From: Dimorphilus gyrociliatus
Taxonomy: Eukaryota; Animalia; Annelida
Direction: 5' to 3'
DNA length: 64,000 nucleotides
Assembly: GCA_904063045.1 (NCBI GenBank)
Contig: CAJFCJ010000050.1
Location: 1 to 64,000, forward strand
The position numbers and the translations under genes were made by a program. How positions within the stretch are numbered: position 1 is the first letter of the stretch; each line of letters opens with the position of its first letter. A model generated the notes under the pieces. That model did not search any database, had not been told where the DNA came from, and worked only from the letters and a program-made list of their open reading frames with translations. Positions 1 to 11,325 of this stretch are shown piece by piece.

Positions 1-53
1 CCACAGATCACCATTACAGTCATCACTAGTGGAAGCCACAACATCTGTTTCAT
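1..53 (-). CDS. Possible start of a signal-peptide (env-like) ORF running off the window
   Basis: ATG at 53 gives MKQMLWLPLVMTVMVIC, a hydrophobic signal-peptide-like stretch at the position where env sits in env-bearing Gypsy elements; only 17 codons are visible. Confidence 0.35.
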   Translation of the reverse strand, partial: MKQMLWLPLVMTVMVIC

Positions 54-714
54 GTTAGCTCTTCCTGTGTGGCTATAGTTGAATGGTTGAAAATTTGTGT
101 TGTTGTTCCACTCTGATAGTTATTCCATCTTCTAACTCTATATATTGTGGTTCCACTTCTTGTTGGGAATCTAATGTTCAGAGATGATTTTAGTCTCATC
201 TAAAAATATGACTGACTCATTGTCTGTGTCACTTGTATTTTCTTTCTCATCTTGGGATGAATCTACCACTATGAGGACTCATTATCGAATGGGTTATGTC
301 AATAATTTCACCTTCAATAATTATTGACTCATTATCCGAATGGGTTATATCAATAATTTCGCTTTCAATAATTATTGACTCATCGTCTGAACTAGATATT
401 TCATCTTCTCTATCAGAGATAATGTTTGCCTCTGAATCTGTATTTTGATCCAGTTCATTATTTGTTTCTGTGTCATCACTTTCAGATGAGCTTGAAGGTT
501 CATTGAGACTGTAATTACTGTCTGTTTTGAAAGTATTGCTTGTGTCATAACCAGTATCAGAATTAGTAACTTCCATCTCTGAGTCATCACTATCTGAACT
601 TTCTGATGAAGAGTCATGCTGTCCCATCATGGCTATAGTGACTTTGTTTAGTTGAGGTTGCCTTATTCTTTCAGCCAGGTTCCCTTTCCTTCTATCAAAT
701 TTGAGAGAACACTG

Positions 715-1010
715 TTTAGCTTCAAAATTGAGGTTTGCTCCCACAGTTTGTAGGAAATCACAACCAAGTATTATTGCTATGTCTAGATTTTCCATAACTA
801 TAAATTCTTGTTCCATACTTTCTCCAGCAAATTGGATATTCAGCTTTACGCTTCCTTTTTGCTTTAAAGCTTTCCCATCAGCTGAAGTTATAATTGGTAA
901 GCCAATTGTTTCTTTATCCATAATTGTAACATCCATTAACTTGATTTCTTTTTCAGTAATAAAGGATCTCAATGCTCCTGTGTCACACAAGGCAATGACT
1001 TCTTGGCCTT
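715..1010 (-). CDS. Second retropepsin-like aspartic protease domain, in frame after the integrase
   Basis: VIALCDTGALRSFI, flap-like SADGKALKQKGSV, and C-terminal IILGCDFLQTVGANLNF, which parallels CIIGCDFLQQNGATLDF of protease 1. Confidence 0.88.
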
Positions 1011-1139
1011 TTTGATTCTTCAAACGGAATTGGAAGTCATTTCTTCCTTCTACCTGAGAAAGATATTGGAGGTGTGTTATTTCCTTCTCCACAAGGTGAA
1101 AGATTGTTGTTGCTTCTTTCCCTGTTTCCAACTTATTAG

Positions 1140-2313
1140 ATTCATTGGCTAGTCTTAATCTGCTACCATGTACCAACTTGCATGTATTATCATCCATTTG
1201 TATTTCATATATCCACTTTTGATGATTGACTTTTGTTATTCGGTATGGGCCTAACCATTTTAAAGAAGGGATTTTTGTTATTGCAATTCTTGCAGCATCA
1301 TTTCTTAAGAATACTTCATCATCAACCTCAAAATATTTTGGAAGATTGAGATTTCTATTCTTTCTTTCCCTATATTGTTCTTTTGCCATGATGGATTTAC
1401 AGAAGGCTGTAGCTCTTAACTGTACTAATTGCTGCTGGTGATTGAATACAAATAGTACATTTGTTTCAGGAGAGGTAGTATGCATTGTTACATCAATCAG
1501 TGTTCTTGTGCTGGTGCCAAAAAGAAGTTCCTGGGGTGGTAGTCTTGTACTTCCTACAGGTGATTGATTCAAAAATGCTTGAATCAAGGGTAGGTTTGCA
1601 ACCCAGTTATGCTGATTTTCTTCCACCACTAATTTATTGATTTCCTTCCTCACTTCTCTATTTCTTCGTTCAACTAGTCCATTGCTCTGGCTTCTATAAG
1701 CTGTTGTTTGGATTTTTCTCAATACCTAATACCTTCATAAACTCTTTAAAAGCTTTACCAACAAAGTTTCTTCCTTGATCTGTCAACATTTGTTTTGGAA
1801 TTCCAAAAATGGGAAAAAATCTGTTGAAAAGAAGGTTTGCAATTTCTTTACTGGTTTGCTGTTTGAGTGCATATAAAACTGTGTATCTACTGAAATGATC
1901 CACTATCACAAGTATGAATCTGTATGACTTAACCATGGGTAAGGGTCCCATTATATCCATGGCTACCAACTCCATTGGTGATGCAGGGTGAAAGGTTTCT
2001 ACCAAGGGTATACTCTACTCCTACCATTCATTTGTTCACACAAAGTGCAATCCTTTATTGAATTCTCAATCATAATCTTTAATTTTGGGTGCCAAAAGGT
2101 CTTTGTAATTATTTGTAATGTCATTCTGGGTCCATGGTGATTGTGAATTTTATTTTTATGGAATTTAGGGAGCAGAGTTAGCATCAAATGGTCAGGTAAA
2201 ACCAGAATGTTTCTTTCTTCAAGGATAATCCAGATCATTTCCTTGTGAACAAACATCTCCATTATGAAAGGTGTAAAAGTTCCAAAAAAAGGAATAGGTA
2301 GCTGACCATCCAA
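1140..2313 (-). pseudogene. pol: Integrase (HHCC, DDE core, GPY/F C-terminal module), frameshifted
   Basis: H-NH-H...CTLC zinc motif; AMDIMGPL, TDQGRNF and NGLVERRNR catalytic residues; KWLGPYRITKV...VHGSRLR module. Confidence 0.93.
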
Positions 2314-2529
2314 TGTTAAATATTCTTTAATTGATTTTAAAATTCACATCTTTTTCTTGCTCTGACTGTAAGTCAACAGAAGACAAATCAATTTTCTCTT
2401 CACTGTTATCACTGGTAGCTACAAAAGTTAACTCTGGTGTATGTTCATACTGTTCCATTTTAACTGAAATAGAGGGAGAATTCTCCTTTTTGATCTTTCC
2501 ATGAATTAGCTCTTCAAATGTTACTTTCC

Positions 2530-3662
2530 TTGGGGTGTATATTCTTCTAATCTTGTTAATGCATCTGCTCTATTTTTTCGTCCTGTCACATAGTTAATTG
2601 TAAATTTTAAATCCATTAAAGCCATGACCCATTTTGCTGTGCTGACATTCAATTTGTTTTGCTTAAATGTTTGTACTAGACTCTGATGGTCAGTATATAA
2701 AAAGAATGGCTTGTCTTGAAGTAATGTAAAAATTTCTTTACAACCCAGTAAACCCCAAATGCTTCCTTTTGATAGGCTGCATATTTCATTTGATTATTGT
2801 TGAATTGTTTTGAAGCGTAGGCAATGGGTTTCATTGTTTTCTTCCCATTCTCATCTACATAAACTTGTTCAAGAACTCCTCCTACAGCTACATTCGATGC
2901 ATCTGTTGTTAAGTGAAAATCTTTAGCAAAATCAGGTAGTTGTAATACAGGAGGGTTAACTACTGCATCTCTAAACTTGAAAAATGATTGCTTGGCTTCC
3001 TCAGTCCATTGCAATTTATCCTTTTTCCCATGTAGTTTCATTAACATATACAGAGGTTTAGCTACTCTTGCAAAATCTTGTATAAATTTTCTGTAATAGC
3101 CACAAAATGCAACAAAGCTTAGTAGTGAATTTGCAAACACTGGTGGCTGTAAATTATATAATTTATCTGTCTTGGACTTATCTGTTTTCAATCCCCTTTT
3201 CTGATACAATGTGTCCCAAGAATTGAACTTGTTCTTTCAAAAACACACATTTACTTAGTTTAATCTTAAAATTGTACTTTTGAATCTGTTGAAGAATGGT
3301 CTCCAATGCTTCCCAATGTTGGTCCAGCAACTTGGTAAATATTATTATGTCATCAAGGTAGTTTAGGCACAAATGCTTTACATCCTTTAGCACAAATGAA
3401 TTCATTACATAACTAAAATGAGGAGGGGCATTGGTTAATCCAAAAGGCATCTTAATAAATTCAAACAAGCCAAAGGTGTAATAAATGCTGTTTTAGACCT
3501 ATCTTCTTTCTTGATGTTAATGTGGTGGTATGCACTTGTCAAATCCATTGTAGAAAAGAATTTATTTCCTCCTCCCAAATGGTCAAAAAGATCATCTTGA
3601 TTTGGCAGTGGATACTTGTTTTTAACTGTCATTTTGTTTAGTTTTCTATAATCTACACACAT
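2530..3662 (-). pseudogene. pol: Reverse transcriptase and RNase H, split by single-base frameshifts
   Basis: CVDYRKLN, FSTMDLTSAYHHI, MPFGLTNAP, YLDD, FLGHIVS, DASNVAVGGVL, KEAFGV motifs across ORFs 3435-3662, 3178-3468 and 2676-3209. Confidence 0.93.
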
Positions 3663-5584
3663 TCGTAACTACCTTCCTTCTTTCTTACGAAAACAATTGG
3701 TGAAGCCCAATTGCTCTTGCTTGGTTGAATAACTTTGCTTTTTACCAATTCAGCTATCTGTTGCTTACATTCTTCTTGTTTTTGAGGAGGCATTCTATAT
3801 GGCCTTTGTCTATATGGTGTTGAACCTGGTTCAAGAGTTATTTCCAAGGGTGGTACCTCTGGATTGCCAATATCAAATCTGTCTTCTGCAATAGTTTCTT
3901 TATATTTTGCCAGAATTTGGGTAACTTTGTTCTTCATCTCGGGATTTTCTTGTTCAATTGTTGTCTGAAGGGTATGTATTTGACTCTCATTCTTTTTCAT
4001 AATAAGAGGAACTGGGTAAAACCCTTTGAAAGATAAGTGTTGTGTTCCAACAGGGTAATTCTTTTCTGTACCTGGCTGGAGTATAATCTGTCTCTTGCCA
4101 AAGTCAAGGGTAGCTCCATTTTGTTGTAGAAAGTCACACCCAATAATACATTGTTGTGTAATGATTTTGTTGATCAGAAAGCGTTGTTTAATAATCTTTT
4201 CATTAAAATAAAGTCTGAGAATGATTTCTCCACATATCTCGATGCTATTTCCTGAAGCATCTCTAGCATTTTTCACAGTTTGTTCTGGGAAGGATGCTTT
4301 TCCTTGAACTTGTCTTAATACCTTTTTTGAAATGAAAGATCTGTCACTACCAGAGTCTATCAAGGCATCAAACTTAAAACCTGTATTAGTTTCAAATTGT
4401 CCAATAAATGTTGAAGCATTTCGCTCAGATTGTTTGCTTTGTAACAGCTGACAAGTGGATTCGTCACTATCTGAAAAACAGAGAATATCTTGAACTTCAT
4501 CGTTTTCTGACATGCTTTCATTGTCTAATGTTTCTAATTTTTGTAGCTTAGGTTCCTCTTTCAGTATTGTCTTTGCTGGTTGATTTTTCTTATAATACCT
4601 ATTTGTTGTAGTTGGTGCATACTTTTGGACTTTTTGGCTTGAAAACTTTTCTTTAGTAGCATTTTTGTTGTCAGGTACATGCTTTCTATTCCAGAAATTT
4701 GGGGTTTCTGTAGAAGCATCTTTTCTGATTACCTGGGTCTTTTTGGTCTCTTTTCTTTGTTGAGTTTCCAATTTTGACACCATTGTGATCGGTTTTCTTT
4801 GAGTTAGTTTTAATGAAGTTTCTGCTTGCTTAGCAGCCTCATATAGTTCTGCCAATGTTTGACATTTAGGATGTAAGGTGTACACTAAATGTAGAATATC
4901 CTGTTGTAATCCTCTTTGTAAAACTTCCATCAGTTTTATTTCTTTCATAGTTGCAAGCAATTGTGGTTCCATTGGTCTAGGTGGAGAAAACCTCTTTATC
5001 AATTTCTTTGCTCTATTAACAAACTGAACCACACTTTCGCCATTCATTTGCTTTAAGTTAAGCAATTTCTCCTGATACTCCAAAGGATCTAGATCAAATT
5101 CGTCATGGAGGGCTTTCCATATTTCCTTCACAGTAGGCTCTCCATCCAGAGCCAACACCAAATCCTTTGCAGGACCAGTTAAATAATCTAAAAGATTTGC
5201 TTTCACAACATCTTCTCCTATCCAACCATAAGCATAACATGCCTGATTAAAGTCTTCTTTGAATTTTGAACACTCCTTGCTTCCATCATACAACTTGAGA
5301 ATAGTTCTTTGAGGGCGGTCCCAAGCAGCCCTTAATGCTTGAATTACTGTTGTGATATCAACATTTGGGTTCTGTGCTGGGTGATGTGTTCCATCTCCAT
5401 GATCTGTTGGAATTGTGATTCGATTTCTTTTCATTTCACTCACCAATCTATCATAGTCTTCAATTAGTCTTTGTTGCCTTTCTGACATTCCTGCTGGCTG
5501 AATTGTAATTGTTGGAGTTGCTGGGGTTGAAGGGTTAGAGTCTGTAACTGCCCCAGTGGCGTTTCCATTTCCTCCTTCTGCCAT
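3653..5584 (-). CDS. gag-pol: Gag fused in frame to retropepsin 1 and the RT N-terminus
   Basis: First ATG after the PBS at 5584 (MAEGG); retrotransposon Gag-like helical region (..YQEKLLNLKQMNGESVVQF..); ALIDSGSDRSFI...CIIGCDFL protease; PYRMP and SNWASPIVFVRKK RT start. No CCHC knuckle seen. Confidence 0.9.
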   Translation of the reverse strand: MAEGGNGNATGAVTDSNPSTPATPTITIQPAGMSERQQRLIEDYDRLVSEMKRNRITIPTDHGDGTHHPAQNPNVDITTVIQALRAAWDRPQRTILKLYDGSKECSKFKEDFNQACYAYGWIGEDVVKANLLDYLTGPAKDLVLALDGEPTVKEIWKALHDEFDLDPLEYQEKLLNLKQMNGESVVQFVNRAKKLIKRFSPPRPMEPQLLATMKEIKLMEVLQRGLQQDILHLVYTLHPKCQTLAELYEAAKQAETSLKLTQRKPITMVSKLETQQRKETKKTQVIRKDASTETPNFWNRKHVPDNKNATKEKFSSQKVQKYAPTTTNRYYKKNQPAKTILKEEPKLQKLETLDNESMSENDEVQDILCFSDSDESTCQLLQSKQSERNASTFIGQFETNTGFKFDALIDSGSDRSFISKKVLRQVQGKASFPEQTVKNARDASGNSIEICGEIILRLYFNEKIIKQRFLINKIITQQCIIGCDFLQQNGATLDFGKRQIILQPGTEKNYPVGTQHLSFKGFYPVPLIMKKNESQIHTLQTTIEQENPEMKNKVTQILAKYKETIAEDRFDIGNPEVPPLEITLEPGSTPYRQRPYRMPPQKQEECKQQIAELVKSKVIQPSKSNWASPIVFVRKKEGSYECV

Positions 5585-5622
5585 ATTTACTTTCTCAAAA
5601 CTTTTGAATAAACCAAAAGAAT

Positions 5623-5640
5623 ATCCTGTCGACTGCGCCA
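5623..5640 (-). promoter_or_regulatory. Primer binding site TGGCGCAGTCGACAGGAT, complementary to a tRNA-Ser 3' end
   Basis: 18 nt starting TGG, 4 nt after the LTR end; matches the known pattern of eukaryotic tRNA-Ser 3' ends (..ATCCTGYCGACTRCG-CCA). tRNA identity is from recalled consensus. Confidence 0.85.
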
Positions 5641-5644
5641 AATT

Positions 5645-6279
5645 TGTACTGCTCTTGCTGGCAAAATCTATGCGTTTGCAAGTTATAACAATACTGGTTC
5701 TACTCGAACCTTTAAACAAATGTTTAAATTAAAATGGTTTATTCGCAATAATAATACTTAAGCAAGTAACAATATGAGAGTTCAATAGCAGAGTAGATAG
5801 TTTGTAATAGCAGGTTGCCAAATTACCAAACTGTCTTCCAATGTTGAGGAGTAGATGGATGGTTCCAGTGGAGGTTGTTTCCAGATGATTTTCCCAGGTC
5901 CTTGGGTCCAGATGGAAGCTGCATGCCAAATGAGAATAATGAGGATTTATATACTTTGAGGTTTGTCTCTGACATCCAATCATCACTTTACAGTTGCCGA
6001 AATGTGTAGTTCATATTTATCTTTAGTAACAGGATGTTACAAGGTTCAACATTTAGGAAGGTTAATTGAATTATAACTTGGCCACACCCTAGGCAAGTTA
6101 ATTAAATTATAACTTGGCCAAACCTTTATTGGTAATTAAAGATGAACCTTCAAGCTGACTAATCAGACTTATGTTTGGCCAATGTTATAGCATTTTCTTG
6201 CGTAGGTTTTAAGATGTACATGTATATGTTGCATAAAATAATAGAGTTCAAGCATGTAAAATATAACCAAAGTTGTACA
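5645..6279 (-). repeat. 5' LTR of family A (635 bp, TGTACA...AGTACA)
   Basis: TG...CA termini; near-identical copies at 20872-21506 and 46868-47501; internal direct repeat GGCCAAGTTATAATT, TATATAAA box and AATAAA signal; PBS immediately downstream. Confidence 0.95.
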
Positions 6280-6562
6280 CCATTTATTAGAATTGATTGT
6301 AAAGGGACATTGTATGCAAAAAGTGTTTTAATTGGAAAGCAGGATGATAGTACATAATTTCTTAAAACATGATAAGTTAATAAATAAAAATAATTTCAAT
6401 TTTAAATAAATAGATGAAGAATCTTTTAAGAATCTTTTAGTGAGCTTTGAAAATTTATCAGAAACATTAAAATCAACTGAAAACCATTCAATTATTGGCA
6501 GAATTACAGATAAAAACAACTATATCAATAAATTTTACTAACTTCTATTTCATTGATTATAA

Positions 6563-6950
6563 TGGTGGAACTTTAGAAAGACTTTTATGTCGTAGAGTTA
6601 GCTTCTTGAACTATAAAATAATTTTATTTCATAGGAAATAGATTCTTTGCTCATATTAGATGGAGCCATTATGCAATTAACAAAGGAACAAAGAACATGG
6701 ATAAGATACATGTCAAAGTTGTTACATCTTATTCAATACCATATGCTGAAGATGCAGGCTTGTTTTGCAGTGGCATACGTTGGCCACATGGCCTTAATCT
6801 AAAAATTTTATTTTCTATGTGTTATATAACAGTCTTTCATATTTTTGTTACATGTGAATTATGAGACTGTCACATTTCAACTTTGCAATCCTGACCAATT
6901 GACCAATTGAACCCAAGCTTTGTCAAATATATAAAAGGAAATGCATTTCT
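6563..6950 (+). repeat. Dispersed repeat family C, copy 1
   Basis: Collinear with 25858-26212 (GTGGAACTTTAGAAAGAC..., GCAGGCTTGTTTT(G/T)CAGTGGCA..., GAACCCAAGCTTTGT..TATATAAAAGGAAAT). Confidence 0.75.
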
Positions 6951-7457
6951 CCAGGCCTTTCTTTGTATACAATGAAAATACTTTTGATAATACTTCAAAG
7001 TATCTAACTCTTATATTAAGATTCATGTAAATTATGCCAATTTTCATTGTGAAAAATACAACTTTGTCCTTTAGTGAGTCTAAAAGTAAACTGGTATTAG
7101 AATGTGTTTTCAAAAAAAAGGCAAAATGAAAATGAAAATTTAATTTGTTTACTGTCATTTTGCTATAGACATGTCGACTACAATTTTCAAATTATGAATT
7201 ACAGTCTGCAAGCCATCGGAATTATTAAGTGGATTGACATTTGAAAAACATTTGTTCTAATGAATTAATTATATCTAGGCTATAATTAGCCTTTTGTATC
7301 TTTCTTATATATCAATTATGTCTTTGTTATGAAAATTAATGAGGTACTTTTCAAAAAAAAGAAAAGTGTTCAATGTTCTAATGAAAAATATTTTGTAATT
7401 ATGTTTCATTCATTTATCGTTCAAGTGTGTTCAAAGAACAATATAGAGAAAATAGAA

Positions 7458-8763
7458 ATGTTGGCATTAACTTGTATAACTTTTGGTATGTAGGTTTTAT
7501 TTTTTTAAATATAGGTTACAAAAACTTCCCTACAGTTTTAGCTATACCAGAAATATTTAGTATAAATCTTGCAAGGGGAAAAATGGCTTTTCAGAGTTCT
7601 ACAAATGGATCTAAAGAATATTCTAATTTTGCAACTTTTGCAACAGATTCAACTATAGAGATTACTAAGAATAGTCAAGTAACTAATTGATTAGTTATTT
7701 TGATGTGAAAATATGTTGTTTCTTTTTTTTGTCTTTTTATAGAATACCTCCTACTGTTCCTTGACAGATGTTAAAACTAATGAATATTCATGGTGGGTTG
7801 TTGATCTTGGTGATATTTATTCAGTTTCTAATGTCTGTTTACTAACTGAAAAAAATGGTAATGTTTTTTGTATAAATGGAAATATTTTCAAAATACTCTA
7901 AAGTAGTGACAGACAAATTTTTTTTATGCAAGGTCCAGAAATTTCAAATTTTGATATTATTTTGGGAAATAGCCTTACAGAACAAAATGCTTTATGTCAA
8001 CGGGTAGAAGATATTGTTGTAAATCCCCTATCGCTAAATGATTATCAGTGTTTTAAGTGTTCAGATGAGAGTGTAGGATCATTTCTTTTCTTGAAATCTT
8101 ATACAATGGGAACTGATATATTGCTGTGCGATATTGATGTGAAAGGAACTCTTGTCAAAAAGAGAGGTAAAAGAATAGTAAAAAAAATATACACATCAAT
8201 ATTATGTTTATTACACAGATTTTCACCTCTTAAACAATACTAATGTACAATTAGTTGGAGGAAAACATTATGGAATAATGGCTAAAGAGGGCGCTACAGA
8301 TGGAAATTTTATGACGGCATATCATACCAGAGGCCATAGTGCTGGACGTTATATGTCACCTTTTCTCTTATTAAGTTTTAACAATCTATACGATTTTCAT
8401 GGAGTGTTTTTCATTCATGCACGCGATACAAGTAAACTCTTTGAACACTTATATAACAATTTAATACCAGTTTTTTCATTATAAATTCTTATAGATTATT
8501 ATTATAGAAATATCTATGGATCTGTAAAATTATTACCCGAAACCTCTTTTAATGCTGATAGTAACTTTTGCTTTTATAACCAACAACCTCAGTATAAGCC
8601 TTACCTGGGAGCTCAAGTTTGGTGGTGTGACCCAATATATTCAGGAAAATATTTCCTAATTCAGCAATACGTTAATGACAATTCTCAATTAATATTGGTG
8701 GTAACAGAACTCATATTATATGGTAAATTAACAAAAACAACAAGTCATCACGGTAATAACTAA
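7458..8763 (+). CDS. Secreted tandem F-type lectin (fucolectin/FTP-fold)-like protein, about 6 exons
   Basis: Hand-spliced with in-phase GT-AG introns: MLALTCITF|VLAIPEIFSINLARGKMAFQSST..ATDS..|..SWWVVDLGDIYSVSNVCLL..|..LLCDIDVKG; second domain ATDGNFMTAYHT..HARDT|NYYYR..GKYFLIQ..VTELILYG; stop at 8761-8763. Confidence 0.8.
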
Positions 8764-8900
8764 AGTTTAAAATACATTTTTATTATAATGAATATTAATT
8801 ATTCTCTTTTTTTCTGTTCTTTTCCACTTCCGGAACAAAAAACACAACAGTTTCATCTCATCGATACGAAAATGTTATTGAAAATATTCAAATTAATAAT

Positions 8901-9694
8901 TTGCCATTAACTTTTGAACAATTCACACCAATTTGGAAATTTTCATCATTCTTTGATAATCCTTTTCAAATTCAAAAAAATAGTTTCATTGAAATTCGAA
9001 CAAAGCTTTTATACGTTAACGCTGTTTGTTTATCATGTTTGTTCATTTATTATCTATTTTATAGGCCTATTTGTATTTTTAACTACATATCAATTACAGT
9101 GGACAATGGTGGATCATTTAAATTTGGTACCATACTTGAAATTGAGAATCTATTTTGGCAGAATGTGACAGTTGTTAATCTAACTGGAAAATTTTTACAG
9201 GATCATATAATTTGTAAAGAATTTGACCTTACATTGGCAAAATACTTTAAATTATTTTCGAATTCTGATTCAATATATAAAATATTCTTTTATATAAATT
9301 CATTCATTTCCAAAAAAAGTTAGAATTTGTTGAAATATTTATTATAACAAAGATCAATTTCATTGTTTTCTATTTTTCAGTTGAAAATCATGAATTGTGC
9401 AATGTAAAGAAGGACTTCTTTACTGAATCTATTAATCTTGTAGATTATAATCAGCCAGTAAATGATTTATATATCTTAATTGATGGTAATTTTACTGATG
9501 ATCAAATAATTATTTGGAGTGATTTACAACAGAATACAACTAGAAAAAATATTTGCTCAAGTGTTGAAAATGTTGGAGAACTTGAATATTTTTTCATAAA
9601 ACAATTCTTTAAATGTTCAAGCGTAAAAGGTAAAGTTCAGATTGATATTGTTGGTAAGAAGTTATTTCCAATCTACATTGAAATTTACAAGTAA
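8901..9694 (+). CDS. Probable spliced gene of unknown function, weakly discoidin/lectin-like
   Basis: Two ORFs flanked by plausible splice signals; the second has IDGN..NICS..FKCSSVKGK..IEIY, resembling the C-terminal half of an F-type/discoidin fold. Confidence 0.35.
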
Positions 9695-10359
9695 TTGGCA
9701 AAAACCACTGAAATAAATAACACCAGTAGCATGATATTTTCAGTTTGAATGACCTTTAAATAGTATTCATATATTTTAGCTAATAGAATAAAATATTCAA
9801 GAATATCTTGCTGTGTTGTCACACTTTTAACAAATATCCAAAATTAAATATTTCAAGATACAGTCTCAGATGAATATTTTTCGTATGATATATATTTTTT
9901 GTTCAACTAACTGGCAACTTTAAAGTGACCTTTTCTATTGTTCATTTATGTTTGCTTATAAATAAAGAAAAATTTATTATGTGATCTCTAAATATGAATA
10001 CGAAGTGTATAGATTAATAAGCTTGCCTTATAAGAAAATACTTCCTTCAAAAATCCAGCAATTCCAATTAGTAGGTGTAAGAAGAGTAGAGTATTGTAAT
10101 AATATAATCTGGAACTTATTTACAAGTCTCTTCAAGCAGGGGATAAAATTTCAGCGAAAATTCTATAAACAAGCCTGTAATAAAACCAACACCATAACCA
10201 TTAAGTAATAGTTGGTTCAAGTTACAAAGCCTGTAATTAGTTATATATATATATATATATACTGTATATATATATATAAATAAGGAAACTAAATAATTAT
10301 ATTGAAAAATTGCAATATCCCAACAAAATGGCCAAAAATTAAAGAAAAGATTGAACAAT

Positions 10360-11325
10360 ATGAATGGAACATTTGAAATTTCATATAGTGAACAAGCTGC
10401 AATTAGCAATACATTTTTTAGAATAACAGATATAAGAGTATTCATTATTTTATCATCTCTATATGGCCTATTTATGATCATTGGAACACTTGGAAATGCT
10501 ATTAGTATAATATTATTTCAGAATCCAAAAAAAAAATGTAAATTTTATCACAATGAATTTCTCTTTCAATATCTTGCATGGATTGATCTATTCACCTGTG
10601 TAATTTCCATACCTTTAATATATCATAGGGAAATTCAAAATCATATTTTACCGATAAAAACACCGATAATTTGCAGCCTTTCAATAATATTTTCCAACAT
10701 TTTTCCATGGACATCAGCTAGTTTGCTAATATTAGTTTCTCTAGAGAGATTTTTAGCAGTTGTGAAGCCGTTTTTAAAAATTAGCAAAACAAAATGGAAG
10801 CTGATAACATTTCTATTAACTTTTGTCATTGGAGTATTAACAGTATGTTATTCAATAGATAATGAATCAATTGGAGGAAAGTATCTTTGTTATTCACCAT
10901 CAATCTTCAATTCATTTGGAAAGATTATTTTATACATTTCAGTGATCTTGATCCTAATTTTACTGATTATTACAATTACAATGTATTCAATAATGTTTTA
11001 TTATTTAAAAAGGCAAAATAACGCAATTTTTAACAATTCAAACCCAAATAATACAAAAAGACATAAGAGAACAGCAAAACAGGTATTGGTTTGTTTTTAT
11101 CTTGTGATGTTATATTTCATTTTTACTTGTCCTATACTCTTAACAATTACAAGAATTTTTTCAATAAAAGAGTCCATGTTTTATCATATTATCTATATCA
11201 ATGGCACCATTAATTTTTTTGTTTATTTTACTAATTTAAGTTCATTTAGAAAAGAATTTCAATCTCTATTTTCCTATTGCTTTTGTTGTTCTTCTAAAAA
11301 TACTAATTTAATGGTTTCCTCTTGA
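10360..11325 (+). CDS. Intronless rhodopsin-like (class A) GPCR, orphan
   Basis: Seven hydrophobic segments; GN (TM1), LAWID (TM2), SLERF (ERY variant), FTCP (TM6), INFFVY (NPxxY variant), C-terminal FRKEF..CFCC. Confidence 0.93.
   Translation: MNGTFEISYSEQAAISNTFFRITDIRVFIILSSLYGLFMIIGTLGNAISIILFQNPKKKCKFYHNEFLFQYLAWIDLFTCVISIPLIYHREIQNHILPIKTPIICSLSIIFSNIFPWTSASLLILVSLERFLAVVKPFLKISKTKWKLITFLLTFVIGVLTVCYSIDNESIGGKYLCYSPSIFNSFGKIILYISVILILILLIITITMYSIMFYYLKRQNNAIFNNSNPNNTKRHKRTAKQVLVCFYLVMLYFIFTCPILLTITRIFSIKESMFYHIIYINGTINFFVYFTNLSSFRKEFQSLFSYCFCCSSKNTNLMVSS

Larger units (their letters stand above)
1..6279 (-). mobile_element. Ty3/Gypsy LTR retrotransposon (family A), 5' part; 3' end lies beyond the left edge
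   Basis: Order LTR-PBS-Gag-PR(DSG)-RT(YLDD)-RNaseH(TTDAS, KEA, TDH)-IN(HHCC, D..D..E) is the Ty3/Gypsy order; pol is broken by at least seven 1-nt indels. Confidence 0.97.

Noticed and set aside
3653-3670. Programmed ribosomal frameshift between gag and pol
   Set aside because: Gag and protease are already in one frame; the break lies inside a conserved RT motif (YRMCVDYR) with no slippery heptamer, and is one of many indels.
5585-5719. ORF-track N-terminal extension of Gag (MFKGSS...)
   Set aside because: It runs through the LTR and PBS from a non-ATG start; the first ATG after the PBS at 5584 is the more plausible start.
5729-5986. Repeated 60-100 aa ORFs (5729-5986, 21165-21422, 18417-18716, 46952-47208) that look like a gene family
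   Set aside because: They lie entirely within LTR A copies; the identity reflects the repeat. They have no recognisable domain and are broken in diverged copies.
10244-10277. (AT)n microsatellites here and at about 32951-32970
   Set aside because: Ordinary simple repeats in an AT-rich genome.
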